Source: Deltaproteobacteria bacterium
GTDB taxonomy: Bacteria > Desulfobacterota > Binatia > UTPRO1
Direction: 5' to 3'
DNA: 64,000 nucleotides
NCBI GenBank assembly: GCA_029262315.1
Contig: JAJCZP010000241.1
Span: 10,470-74,469 of the forward strand
In this document: piece by piece, positions 28,440 to 37,623 of the stretch
How the letters are laid out: the number at the start of each line of letters is the position of its first letter
How positions within the stretch are numbered: the stretch's first letter is position 1
Notes under the pieces: generated by a model
What the model was told of the DNA's origin: nothing
What the model saw: the letters and a program-made list of their open reading frames with translations, nothing else
Database searches by the model: none
Translations under genes and position numbers: made by a program

Positions 28440-28616
28440 AGCGGGCGGGCAGGCTCTTGCCGGTGTTGCTTCCGTAACGCGGTGTTGCGGGAGCGATGAG
28501 CGTCCGCAGGGGCACTCCCCTGTGCGTTTCGAGAAGCGCGACGACGCCTATTGAAGAAGTGGGTTCGGATCGCCGGGAACGCGTCTTGCTGCCAGGAGGG
28601 CGGAGGTCTCCGAACC

Positions 28617-29156
28617 ATGCGGTGGCAAAGACGCTCGATCCCCCAGGCAGGCTTCACCCTCGTCGAGGTGCTGACGGCGGCAAGCCTCGTCGGTATCGTC
28701 AGCGTGATCGCCGCGACCAATTTCCGGGCGCAGATCCCAGCCTTCCGGACCCGCGGCGCGGCCCTCCTGATCGCGGGCGACATCAACCAAGCCCGGCTGT
28801 CGGCAGTGAAAGAGGGGCTTCAGTATTTCTATGTTCCCGACACGGGGACCAAGTATCGGATCGATCGCGCGGACGGGCTCGGTGGAGTCGTGACCGTGAA
28901 GACGGTCGATGTCGCCGCGGAGTTCCCGAATGTCACCTTCGCGACCACGGCGCCGAATGATCCTTACGGGGGTGCCGGACCAGCGGCGGTTCCCGCTGGG
29001 GCAATGATCTTTCAATCGACGGGTACCGTGACCAACCCAGCGGGCGTCTTCGTGCAGGCGGCGATGGGGGCCAGCGACCATTCCGAGCATGCCGTGACCG
29101 TGACCGGCGCGGGACGGGTTCGTATCTGGCATTTCGATGGGACCGACTGGAGCTGA
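28617..29156 (+). CDS. Type IV pilus minor pilin, FimT/FimU (GspH-like).
   Basis: Prepilin motif QAG/FTLVEV with Glu at +5. GspH-like RTRGAALLIAGDINQARLSAV. An SD (GGAGG) lies upstream of the ATG at 28617. Confidence 0.8.
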   Translation: MRWQRRSIPQAGFTLVEVLTAASLVGIVSVIAATNFRAQIPAFRTRGAALLIAGDINQARLSAVKEGLQYFYVPDTGTKYRIDRADGLGGVVTVKTVDVAAEFPNVTFATTAPNDPYGGAGPAAVPAGAMIFQSTGTVTNPAGVFVQAAMGASDHSEHAVTVTGAGRVRIWHFDGTDWS

Positions 29157-29159
29157 GGC

Positions 29160-29534
29160 ATGCGGCTGTCCACGCACAACGAAACCGGGTTCACTCTCGT
29201 CGAGCTCCTGGTCGCGGCGGCCATCGCGGCGGTCGGTTTTCTGGGCCTCGCCGCGACCCACGCTACGGCGCTTCGCGCGACGACCGTCGGTCGCAGCATG
29301 GGGGCGGCGACCATCACGGCGACCGAACAGATCGAGGTCCTGCGCCGGATTCCGTACGCCGCGGTCGTGACCGGCGCAGCGGAGGGAGTCACCATCAACG
29401 GAACTACGTACACGCGCACAGTCGGTGTGACGGCCGCGCCTGCCGGGACGTCGAAGCGCGTGCAGGTGACCGTGAACTGGAGCGATCAGTTCGGGCCCCA
29501 TCAGGTCGTTCTCTTGACGGTGATCGCGCCATGA
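29160..29534 (+). CDS. pilV: Type IV pilus minor pilin PilV.
   Basis: ETG/FTLVELLVAAAI prepilin motif; 124 aa; second position in the minor-pilin operon. Confidence 0.8.
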   Translation: MRLSTHNETGFTLVELLVAAAIAAVGFLGLAATHATALRATTVGRSMGAATITATEQIEVLRRIPYAAVVTGAAEGVTINGTTYTRTVGVTAAPAGTSKRVQVTVNWSDQFGPHQVVLLTVIAP

Positions 29535-30334
29535 AGACTCCTCGGCTCGAGCAGCGTGGGTTCACCCTTCTGGAGCTCCTGGTCGCGGTGACCGTGTCCG
29601 CCATCGTGCTCACGATCCTGGCGAGCGCGATGCGTAGTCAAGGTCGGACGACGATCTTTCAGACCGGGACCGCGGACATGCAGCAAAATGTGCGGAACGC
29701 GCTTTCCGTCTTTCGTCGCGAACTTCGCATGGTCGGATACGGCATGAGCGAAGTACCTCCGGATGTGCTCGCACCGATCGAAGTGCCGGTGACGACGGAA
29801 GTGTACGCGGTCCGCTTGCGCGGCAATTTCGACAACATCAGCAGTCGCGGGAGCGCCGCGGCAGGGACCTCGACCGTCGCGCTGGACGCCGGGGCGGCCC
29901 CGTTTCCCCTCTTCGAGGTCGGCCAGCGGATCGCCATCGAGTCGGCCATCCTCGCGGTCGCCGAGGTGCGGGTTATCAGCGGCTTCGACGCGGGCACGGG
30001 CGTGATCTCGCTCAGTGGAGATCTGCTCGACAACACGTACGACCCGGGGTCGCGCATCAAGCAGATCAACGAGGTGAGCTACGTGCTCGGCGCCGACAAC
30101 ATTCTGCGCCGGGGAGCGCAGATCATCGCCGATCAGATGGATGATCTGGCCATGCAGTATGTGCTGCTCGACGGTACGGAGCTCGCGGACCCATCCGGTG
30201 CGCTCGACCTGTTGCGCGCGGCGACCGTCGATATGCACGTCGAGTCGATCGAGCACGACGGGCTGAAGCCCCAGGCCGAGATCGATACCGAGATTCGGAT
30301 TCGCAACCTAGGGATCGTGAGGACACCAACGTGA
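29531..30334 (+). CDS. pilW: Type IV pilus minor pilin PilW.
   Basis: QRG/FTLLELLVAV prepilin motif; 267 aa; ATGA overlap with pilV. Confidence 0.8.
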   Translation: MKTPRLEQRGFTLLELLVAVTVSAIVLTILASAMRSQGRTTIFQTGTADMQQNVRNALSVFRRELRMVGYGMSEVPPDVLAPIEVPVTTEVYAVRLRGNFDNISSRGSAAAGTSTVALDAGAAPFPLFEVGQRIAIESAILAVAEVRVISGFDAGTGVISLSGDLLDNTYDPGSRIKQINEVSYVLGADNILRRGAQIIADQMDDLAMQYVLLDGTELADPSGALDLLRAATVDMHVESIEHDGLKPQAEIDTEIRIRNLGIVRTPT

Positions 30335-30786
30335 ACACAAAAATGTTTCGATCGAACGAGCGCGGGGTCGCGTTGCTGTCCGTCCTGGGCGTGCTCGCCG
30401 TTTTGCTCGTGCTCGGCTCGCTCGTCGCCGGAAGCTCCCGCATCGAGTCGGTGCTGTCCGGTACGTCCAAATTCAGTGCGACCGCTTTCGCTGCCGCCGA
30501 CGCCGGTTTGAACTACGCGCTCGGCGACGCCAACAACTTTATCGACCCGGCGTTCACGTGCGCCCCGTCCGTGCCGCGTCAGACGCACGTCGACGCGGCC
30601 GGCATGGGTATCTCGGGCGATGTCGACGTGTGCTTTTTGTTCGAGGGACCCCCGCCACCAGCGATCAAAGTGAGCGCCATCAAATTCAAAGCGTTTCACT
30701 TCGACGTCGATTCCACCGGCAACGGGCCGGTGAATGCGTCGAGCAGTCTGGAGATGGAGGCGGTGCGTCTTGGCCCCGCCCTCTGA
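30331..30786 (+). CDS. pilX: PilX/GspK-like minor pilin.
   Basis: N-terminal ERGVALLSVLGVLAVLLVLG, hydrophobic and lacking Glu+5 as in GspK/PilX. GTGA overlap with pilW. Confidence 0.7.
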   Translation: MNTKMFRSNERGVALLSVLGVLAVLLVLGSLVAGSSRIESVLSGTSKFSATAFAAADAGLNYALGDANNFIDPAFTCAPSVPRQTHVDAAGMGISGDVDVCFLFEGPPPPAIKVSAIKFKAFHFDVDSTGNGPVNASSSLEMEAVRLGPAL

Positions 30787-30817
30787 GAGTGAAATGCCGA
30801 AAGATAGGCGGAATGAC

Positions 30818-33800
30818 ATGCGAATGAAGCGTGCGGGGGCGGCTGCGGCCGCGATGGTCTTCGTCCTGATGTTCAGTGCGGCGCCGGTGCGAGCGGGGAG
30901 CGATCTCGACGTGTTCATCGCCGGGACGTCCGTTGAGCCGAACGTGCTCATCCTCTTCGACAATTCCGGCAGCATGAACGCCAATCTCCCGTATGATCCG
31001 GCGCTCCTCTATGCGGGCACGTACGATCCGGTGATCGTGTATTCTCGCTGTCGTCGGTTCCGCTCGGACTGTAGCTGTCGGCGTACGCAGACGAGTTGGG
31101 TGGTGCAGACGCATTCGTGCGGTTTCGTCGACGTCGACAACGACGGCAACGACGATCGTGCTCCGTCGTACGTGAAGGTCGGGAACCGGCTGAACTACGA
31201 GAACTCGGGCAGCGAGTCGAAGCTCGACATCGCCAAGACTGTCATCGACGGCATCGTCGGCGATCCAGCCAACGATGATGTGCGGTTCGGTCTCATGACG
31301 CTGAATGGCGACGTCACCCTTGCGTGTAGCATCGATGCTAGTACCTATCACGAGGATCGGACGATTCTGAAGGCTCCCATCGGCACGTCCCATGGATCGC
31401 TGCGGACGGTCGTCGCCGGGCTGACCGCCAATAGCGGAACGCCGCTCGCCAATCGGCTGATCGCCGCCGCACGCTACTACAAGCACGACGGCTATTTCTC
31501 GAGTGCCGCCGATCCGGTGCAGTACGAGTGTCAGCGAAACTTCGTGCTCCTCATGACCGACGGCCGTCCACAGGGCGAGGGGAACGATACCACTGCCGAT
31601 GCGCTCGGGGATTTCGACTACATCGAGACGTGGCTCGGCAACCCGGCCGATTACGATGGCGACGGGCTCGATCCCGACAGCGCCCATGCCAACCCACCGG
31701 CCGGGTGCATCGAGACGACGTTCTGCGGCCATCCCCAGTTTAGTTCGGATCTCGAACCGTGCGAGTACGTGAACGGTGGTTCCGACTACCTCGATGACAT
31801 CGCGAAGAAGACCCTCGAGGAGGATCTCCGCCCCGATTTGGACGATCAGCAGGCGCTCATCACCTATACGATCGGGTACACGGTCAACAACTCGCTTCTG
31901 AGCCGCGCGGCGGCGAACGGCGGCGGTGACTACGCGACTGCGAGTACGGCTGACGAACTCGCGGATGCGTTTCGGAAGGCACTGAAATCGATCGTGGGTG
32001 AGACCGAGTCGTTCGTTGCGCCGGTCGTGCCCGTCAGTCAGACGACGCGCACGCAGAGCGGCGATCGTCTCTACATCGCGCTCTTCCGGCCGCGGGACGG
32101 GAGTCTCCGCTGGCCGGGCAATCTGAAGAAGTATCGTGTGTCGGACGCCGGTCAGCTGCTCGACGCGACCGGGGCGGCGGCGACCAACGCGGACGGCAAC
32201 ATCCTCGACGGCGCGAAGTCCTACTGGGACGGGCCGGCTTCCGGTCCGAACGTGACCAAAGGCGGCGTTGGCGAGATTCTGGCCAACCGCGCCACGCCTC
32301 GGAACATCTACACGAATCTGTCGGGCGCCGATCTCACGGCGGCGGGGAACGCCTTCGACACGGGCAACGGGGCGCTCACGGCCGGTATGCTGAATGCCGC
32401 GACCGCGCTCGAACGCGACGAGATCATCGACTATCTCCACGGCGTCGACGTCTTCGACGACGACGAGGATGGCATCTTCACCGAAAACCGGGATTGGACC
32501 CTCGGGGATATCATTCACTCAGTGCCCCTCGTCGTGCGCTACGGCGTCGGCGATTCGCTGATCCTCATCGGGGCCAACGACGGGATGCTGCACGCGTTCG
32601 ACGACGAGACGGGCGAGGAACTCTGGGCGTTCGTCCCCGATATGGGGCTCGGGAGTCTGCGAGATTTGGTTCCTGGGAACAGCGGCGCGCATCCTTTTTT
32701 CGTCGATTCGTCTCCAAAGCTCCGCACGGTCGGTTCACAGAAGATCGTGGTGTTCGGTCTCGGGCGCGGCGGGCGCGGATACTATGCGCTGGACGTCACC
32801 TCGAAGACCGCGCCTGCGTTCCTGTGGAAGGCGACGAACGCCGACATCCCCGAACTCGGTCAGACGTGGTCCGAGCCCGCGTTCGCGAAGATCGCCGGAG
32901 GTGCAGGTGTCTACCACGGTATGATCGTGGGCGCCGGCTACGACGAGTACTACGACGATCCGGCTCACACGAGCGCGAACGGCTCTGGAATGGGTCGCGG
33001 CGTGCTGGTGCTCGATGTTCTGACTGGCCAGCAGCAGGCGCTGCTGCAGCCCAGCGGGATGGACTACGCGGTGCCGAGCAATGTTGCCGTGCTCGATCTC
33101 ACCGGTGACGGAATGCTCGATCGTGCCTACGTCGGCGATCTCGGTGGACAGATGTGGCGCATCGATGGTGGCCTGAACATTACGAAGCTCTTCTCGGCAC
33201 CCTCGAATCCGGGTTCCTACCTGTACAAGATCTTCTATCCGCCGGACGTCGTCCGCGACGTCGGTTTTCTGTCAGTGTTCTTCGGGACCGGCGACCGCTC
33301 CGACCCGCTCGGGACGAATGTGGAGGATCGGATCTATCAGCTCCGTGATAGCGGCGCGTCGAACCTGACCGAGACCGATCTCATCGATGTCACCAACGAC
33401 GTGCAGCAGAACGGGTCGGAGGATGAGACCACGCTCAAAGAAGCGCTCAAGGCGGCGCACGGCTGGTACATCGTGCTCAACGCGCGTCCAGGCGAGAAGG
33501 TTCTCGCGTCTCCGAGTGCCTTCTTCAGTGTCTTCTTCACGACCTTCACGCCACTCGTCGGTGTGTGCAACGCCGGCGGCGATGCGCGGATCTACGAGCT
33601 CAACTACGAAACGGGCGGGATTCCAGACTCGTCCGTCGAAGACCCCGACGGTCCCGATGGTCCGCTTCCGCCGCCGATCGTCGATCCGTTCGATCGCTTC
33701 GATCTCATCGGGAAGAGCATTCCGACCGAGGTCACGGTGACGATTCAGAAGGAAGGCTCGACCGGCTTCGTCGCCTCGAGTGGTGACGTGGATGACGTCG

Positions 33801-33874
33801 ACCTTCCCGGTCTGCCGAACAACGTCACTCCGCTTTCGTGGCGCGAGTGCTCGACTGAGGTTCCGTGCAATTGA
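30818..33874 (+). CDS. pilY1: PilY1-like tip adhesin with an N-terminal vWA domain and a C-terminal beta-propeller.
   Basis: Signal peptide MRMKRAGAAAAAMVFVLMFSAAPVRA. MIDAS LFDNSGSM. PilY1/PilC-type motifs DLTGDGMLDRAYVGDLGGQMWRID. An alternative ATG lies at 30794. Confidence 0.85.
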   Translation: MRMKRAGAAAAAMVFVLMFSAAPVRAGSDLDVFIAGTSVEPNVLILFDNSGSMNANLPYDPALLYAGTYDPVIVYSRCRRFRSDCSCRRTQTSWVVQTHSCGFVDVDNDGNDDRAPSYVKVGNRLNYENSGSESKLDIAKTVIDGIVGDPANDDVRFGLMTLNGDVTLACSIDASTYHEDRTILKAPIGTSHGSLRTVVAGLTANSGTPLANRLIAAARYYKHDGYFSSAADPVQYECQRNFVLLMTDGRPQGEGNDTTADALGDFDYIETWLGNPADYDGDGLDPDSAHANPPAGCIETTFCGHPQFSSDLEPCEYVNGGSDYLDDIAKKTLEEDLRPDLDDQQALITYTIGYTVNNSLLSRAAANGGGDYATASTADELADAFRKALKSIVGETESFVAPVVPVSQTTRTQSGDRLYIALFRPRDGSLRWPGNLKKYRVSDAGQLLDATGAAATNADGNILDGAKSYWDGPASGPNVTKGGVGEILANRATPRNIYTNLSGADLTAAGNAFDTGNGALTAGMLNAATALERDEIIDYLHGVDVFDDDEDGIFTENRDWTLGDIIHSVPLVVRYGVGDSLILIGANDGMLHAFDDETGEELWAFVPDMGLGSLRDLVPGNSGAHPFFVDSSPKLRTVGSQKIVVFGLGRGGRGYYALDVTSKTAPAFLWKATNADIPELGQTWSEPAFAKIAGGAGVYHGMIVGAGYDEYYDDPAHTSANGSGMGRGVLVLDVLTGQQQALLQPSGMDYAVPSNVAVLDLTGDGMLDRAYVGDLGGQMWRIDGGLNITKLFSAPSNPGSYLYKIFYPPDVVRDVGFLSVFFGTGDRSDPLGTNVEDRIYQLRDSGASNLTETDLIDVTNDVQQNGSEDETTLKEALKAAHGWYIVLNARPGEKVLASPSAFFSVFFTTFTPLVGVCNAGGDARIYELNYETGGIPDSSVEDPDGPDGPLPPPIVDPFDRFDLIGKSIPTEVTVTIQKEGSTGFVASSGDVDDVDLPGLPNNVTPLSWRECSTEVPCN

Positions 33875-33885
33875 GGAGAGCGACC

Positions 33886-34164
33886 ATGCGTCCAACAACG
33901 ATCATTGGTGCGTCATTGCTGTCCGTCCTCCTGTTCGCCTCGGCGGGTGGGGCCGGAGAGATCATCGAAGGTGTGGTGACAGTGGTGAACAGCGCGAGCC
34001 TGCAGATCGACGCCCAGACCTACGTGGTGACCGATCGGACGGTGTGTAAGGACAAGGGTGGGCGCCAGGTAGCACTGCACGAAGTGCACGCTGGGATGCC
34101 GGTCGAGGCCGAGATCGAGGACGACCGCAAGCTCGGCGTCGTGACGGTCGATTTGCTGCGCTGA
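33886..34164 (+). CDS. Small secreted beta-rich protein (DUF5666-like?), the last gene of the minor-pilin operon.
   Basis: SD GAGGAG 7 nt upstream. Signal peptide MRPTTIIGASLLSVLLFASAGGAG. Mature domain EGVVTVVNSASLQIDAQTYVVTDRT...GMPVEAEI. The domain assignment is from memory only. Confidence 0.6.
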   Translation: MRPTTIIGASLLSVLLFASAGGAGEIIEGVVTVVNSASLQIDAQTYVVTDRTVCKDKGGRQVALHEVHAGMPVEAEIEDDRKLGVVTVDLLR

Positions 34165-34380
34165 ACCGACACATCGGTGACACCCCGTACAGATTTGTGT
34201 CCCCTGGGACCGTCCTGTGCGGGTTTCGGCGCCCAGGAGCCGAGCGTTTCATGGAGCTTACCGGAAGGCATCCGGATTGCTTATGAGACCGCAGCCCCTC
34301 CCCTCCGCGGGGATGAAGCGGTCCGATCCGGAGCACCGGGGAGGGTCTCTGCTGCGGAGGGCGGCGGGCGGACGTGAGTT

Positions 34381-34423
34381 GGGTTGAGGAGATGTTGGGT
34401 GTGGGTTGAGGAGACGTTGGGTG
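34381..34423 (+). repeat. Tandem 21-nt repeat (22-nt period) within a C-depleted tract of the pilY1-pilM spacer.
   Basis: GGGTTGAGGAGATGTTGGGTG (34381-34401), T, then GGGTTGAGGAGACGTTGGGTG (34403-34423). I counted only 2 C in 34374-34450. Confidence 0.85.
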
Positions 34424-34599
34424 AGGGGTGTGCGTGAAGTGAGAGAAGTTCGTCGACAGTGCGGCGCCTCGGCGCCCCTCGGCCAGCAGGCTGCATCGCG
34501 TCATGTGCCATGCGATCTGCGGCTACCATCTGCCATACGCCCCCGAAACGGGGTAGCACCCGGAGCGACAGCTTCCGGATTGGGAAGGTCGGTGACGTT

Positions 34600-35709
34600 A
34601 TGAACGGTGGACTTCTCGGTTCTGTCAGCGGTTTGTTCCGCCGCTCGCTCACGGATTTTCTACCTGGGCGCCAGAGTTCGATACTTGCGGTCGACATCGG
34701 CTCGAGCTGTGTGAAGCTCGTCGAGGCCGACGGTACGCCGAGCCAGGTACGTATCCTGGCGGCCGGCATCGCCCCGCTGTCACCCACGGCGGTGCAGAAC
34801 AATCTCATCCAGGAGCCCGACGAGGTCGCCGAAGTGATCCGCGATCTCCTGAGCCAGACCGGCGCCCGTTCGACGGAAGTCGTCACGGCCGTTCCGGGGC
34901 CGGCGGTCATGATCAAGAAGATCATGCTCCCCGGAGGCGACGACTCGGATCTGGACAATCAGGTCATGCTCGAGGCGGGAAGCGCGATTCCGGAGAATCT
35001 CGACAACGTCACCCTCGACTACCAGGTCATCGACTACACCGACCGGGACGAGATCGAGGTGCTTCTCGTCGCGGTCAAGAAGGACATTCTCAACAGCTAC
35101 ACGTCCGTGCTTCGGCAGGCCGGCCTTTCTCCGAAGATCGTCGACGTCGACTACTTCGCGCTCGAGAACATGTTCGATCTCAACTACGAGACGGGCGAAG
35201 GGCAGGTCGTCGGGCTGGTCAACGTGGGTGCCCGGTATTGCTCCATGAACATTCTGCGTGGCGGGCGTTCGTCGTTTACTGGAGATATACCGGTCGGCGG
35301 CGCTGAGTTCACCGACGTGCTCATGCGGAATCTGGACGTGTCCGCCGAGGAAGCCGAGCTCCTGAAGACCGGTGGGTCGGTGGGCTCCTTTGGGCGCGAC
35401 CAGATCGACGCTGCGCTGACGCCGGCGGTGAATCTGCTGGTCGAAGAAATTCATCGCGCTCTCAGTTTCTATTGGCGGTCCGATGCCGAGGAGCCGTTGG
35501 CGGCTGTCTACCTGAGTGGGGGAACGTCGCAGGTCCAGGGGCTCGCGCAGTCGCTCAGCGAGCGACTCGAGACGCCGGTCGAGATCGCAGATCCGCTGAG
35601 CCGGGTGCATCTCGCCCGCGGCGCGAACGAGGATTTCGTACGGGAGAATGCTTCGTCACTAGCCGTGACCATTGGGCTTGCGGCGCGGCGATCGGGGGAC
35701 AAGACGTGA
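34600..35709 (+). CDS. pilM: Type IV pilus assembly protein PilM (actin-like ATPase fold).
   Basis: Start at the internal ATG (MNGGLLGS...). ILAVDIGSSCVKLVE, and EAEELK-like and VYLSGGTSQVQGL motifs. Confidence 0.9.
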   Translation: MNGGLLGSVSGLFRRSLTDFLPGRQSSILAVDIGSSCVKLVEADGTPSQVRILAAGIAPLSPTAVQNNLIQEPDEVAEVIRDLLSQTGARSTEVVTAVPGPAVMIKKIMLPGGDDSDLDNQVMLEAGSAIPENLDNVTLDYQVIDYTDRDEIEVLLVAVKKDILNSYTSVLRQAGLSPKIVDVDYFALENMFDLNYETGEGQVVGLVNVGARYCSMNILRGGRSSFTGDIPVGGAEFTDVLMRNLDVSAEEAELLKTGGSVGSFGRDQIDAALTPAVNLLVEEIHRALSFYWRSDAEEPLAAVYLSGGTSQVQGLAQSLSERLETPVEIADPLSRVHLARGANEDFVRENASSLAVTIGLAARRSGDKT

Positions 35710-36335
35710 TCCACATCAATCTACTTCCCGTTCGCGAGGTCGCGCTCGAGGCTGGTCGCCGACAGGAGACTCGCCTCATCGCGCTCGGGGCCATCCTGGT
35801 TCTGGTGCTGATTGGGGCGGCCGAGACCGGGAGTCGCCTCAGGCTGGCGCCGATTCGCTCCGAGCATCAGGTGTTGCGCGGCGAGCTCAAAGAGCTCGAC
35901 GGCAAAGCGTCCGAGCTGAGCGAGTTGGAGCGGCAACGCGACGAGTTGGACGACAAACTGAAAACGATCGGCGTGCTCGAGAAGAAGCGGGTCGGCCCAG
36001 TGCACGTACTGGCCGATTTGAGCGACGCGGCGCCGACCAAGGTGTGGCTCGTCGAGTTCACCGAGAACGGGGGTGCCGCCACGATCACGGGATTGGCACT
36101 CGACAATCAAACGATCGCCACCTTCATGCGGAACCTCGGACGGTCCGCTTACTTCGACAACGTCGATCTCGTCGAGACGACGCAGGCTGAAGAGGACGGG
36201 TTGATGCTGAAGCGATTCGTCGTGCGAGCGCAGCTTGCGTATCAGGCCGCTACGCCCGCGAGTGACGAAGAGAGGGCTGGCCCGATTCCGAAGGCACCCG
36301 CTGACGGTGGGCGCAAGGTAGGAGGTCGGGCGTGA
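35706..36335 (+). CDS. pilN: Type IV pilus assembly protein PilN.
   Basis: The GTG start overlaps the pilM stop. Conserved N-terminal INLLP motif (VIHINLLPVRE), a single TM helix, and a coiled coil. Confidence 0.88.
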   Translation: MIHINLLPVREVALEAGRRQETRLIALGAILVLVLIGAAETGSRLRLAPIRSEHQVLRGELKELDGKASELSELERQRDELDDKLKTIGVLEKKRVGPVHVLADLSDAAPTKVWLVEFTENGGAATITGLALDNQTIATFMRNLGRSAYFDNVDLVETTQAEEDGLMLKRFVVRAQLAYQAATPASDEERAGPIPKAPADGGRKVGGRA

Positions 36336-36967
36336 GCGACAGGATTCGACAGCTCGTCGATCGATTCTTCGAGCTTGAAGGACGCCAGCGCCTTGTCGTT
36401 GGGGTAGCGGCGGTGCTCGTGGTGCTCGGGGGGTACTGGTACAGCGTCTACTCCGTGCGGCGCATCGAACTTGCGGACCTGCAAACGACCGTCGAGGATC
36501 TCCGCGCCCAGCGCGACCAGAAGAGCAAGCTGATCGCCAACCTGTCGGCGACGCGCGATGCGGTACGCGAGTTGACGGCCGAGGTCCGTCGAGCCGAGGT
36601 GCGTCTGCCGGACCGGAAGGAAATCCCGGACCTGCTGAGCAGCGTGTCGTCGGCGGTCCGTGAGTCAGGGCTGGAGATCATGCTCTTTCGGCAGAAGGCC
36701 GAGCGCTATCACGAGTTCTACGCCGAGGTGCCAGTCGAGATCCTGGTGCGTGGCGACTACCATCAGGTGGCAACCTTTTTCGACCGCGTCAGTCAGCTCG
36801 ACCGCATCGTCAACGTCGGGGACATCTCCATTCGAACCCCGCGCGAGGAGTCGGGAGCCATCGTGATCGATACCTCGTGCTCGGCTGTGACCTTCCGCTT
36901 CCTGGATGAGGAAGAGCGCGAACGGATCAAAGCGCAGGAAGAGGCCAGGAAGAAGGGCGGCAAGTGA
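36332..36967 (+). CDS. pilO: Type IV pilus assembly protein PilO.
   Basis: GTGA overlap with pilN. TM helix plus coiled coil plus C-terminal ferredoxin-like region (FYAEVPVEILVRGDYHQVATFFDRVSQLDRIVNV). Confidence 0.85.
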   Translation: MSDRIRQLVDRFFELEGRQRLVVGVAAVLVVLGGYWYSVYSVRRIELADLQTTVEDLRAQRDQKSKLIANLSATRDAVRELTAEVRRAEVRLPDRKEIPDLLSSVSSAVRESGLEIMLFRQKAERYHEFYAEVPVEILVRGDYHQVATFFDRVSQLDRIVNVGDISIRTPREESGAIVIDTSCSAVTFRFLDEEERERIKAQEEARKKGGK

Positions 36968-37623
36968 CGTCGGGAAGGATCGAGATGATGCGCGATCTCA
37001 CGAAAGCTACGGGGCTGGGCCTGGCGGCTGGGCTGATCGTCTTCATGGGTTCGGCTGTTCCGGCGGCTGCCGAGAGCGGGCCCGCAAGTGCCATCGCTCG
37101 AGCTCGAGGGGTTGCCAACGATGCCTCGGCCCGAACCGCGGATATGAACGCTCGGGTAGGCGTGGCCGTGGAGCGAGACGCGAAGGTCGCCGACGCTGTG
37201 CCGCCATCCGAACATCCATCCGAGAAGCGTGTCGTATCGACCAAGACGAGCAAGTCCGAGCAGGGTCGTTCGCGCGCCACGAAACGATACGACCCGGCGG
37301 TTCATCGGGATCCGTTCGAGCCGCCAACCATTGCGGCCGAGAACGAGGACACGCCGCGCACGCCGCTCGAACGGTACGAAGTCGGTCAGTTGAAGCTGGT
37401 CGGTGTCGTGTGGGGTGGTTCCAACAGCCGGGCGATGGTCGAGGACTCGGCTGGCCTTGGCTACATCGTGACCCATGGGACGCTCATCGGGTCGAGTGGG
37501 GGGTTCGTGCGTGACATCGAGCCCGCCCGAGTACTGATCGAGGAGACGTTCACGAATTTCTACGGCGAACATGAGCCGCGGGAGATCGTGATGGAGCTAC
37601 CTCAGGAGGACGAAGCGCCATGA
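36964..37623 (+). CDS. pilP: Type IV pilus assembly protein PilP.
   Basis: RDPFEPP motif and C-terminal beta domain LERYEVGQLKLVGVVWGGSNSRAMVEDSAGLGYIV. Coupled to pilO and pilQ. Confidence 0.82.
   Translation: MTSGRIEMMRDLTKATGLGLAAGLIVFMGSAVPAAAESGPASAIARARGVANDASARTADMNARVGVAVERDAKVADAVPPSEHPSEKRVVSTKTSKSEQGRSRATKRYDPAVHRDPFEPPTIAAENEDTPRTPLERYEVGQLKLVGVVWGGSNSRAMVEDSAGLGYIVTHGTLIGSSGGFVRDIEPARVLIEETFTNFYGEHEPREIVMELPQEDEAP

Noticed and set aside
28500-28525. A sigma54-like GGCAC...TGC element upstream of the minor-pilin operon, and a TGGCTG...TTCG element upstream of amt (around 20760-20780 on the minus strand).
   Set aside because: The spacing between the GG and GC dinucleotides is off by 2 nt in the first. 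The -12 element is TTCG rather than TTGC in the second. Neither is good enough to call.
28440-28616. The major strand switch (11 kb of minus-strand genes against 35 kb of plus-strand genes) as a possible replication origin.
   Set aside because: I saw no DnaA-box (TTATCCACA-like) clusters, no AT-rich unwinding element and no dnaA/dnaN nearby. It is more simply a divergent promoter region between priA and the pilin operon.
30686-32518. A 610-aa minus-strand ORF.
   Set aside because: It is antisense to pilY1 (vWA and beta-propeller motifs on the plus strand). The composition is biased toward Arg/Val/Asp and there are no recognisable motifs.
34381-34423. The tandem repeat as a possible CRISPR array.
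   Set aside because: There are only two copies, directly adjacent with a 1-nt gap and no spacers, and there are no cas genes in the window.
34281-34958. A 225-aa minus-strand ORF, plus small plus-strand ORFs (34177-34377, 34406-34603) in the pilY1-pilM spacer.
   Set aside because: None has an SD or a codon-usage pattern. The translated sequences are Pro/Arg/Ser-rich. The minus-strand ORF also runs antisense into pilM. I treated the region as non-coding.
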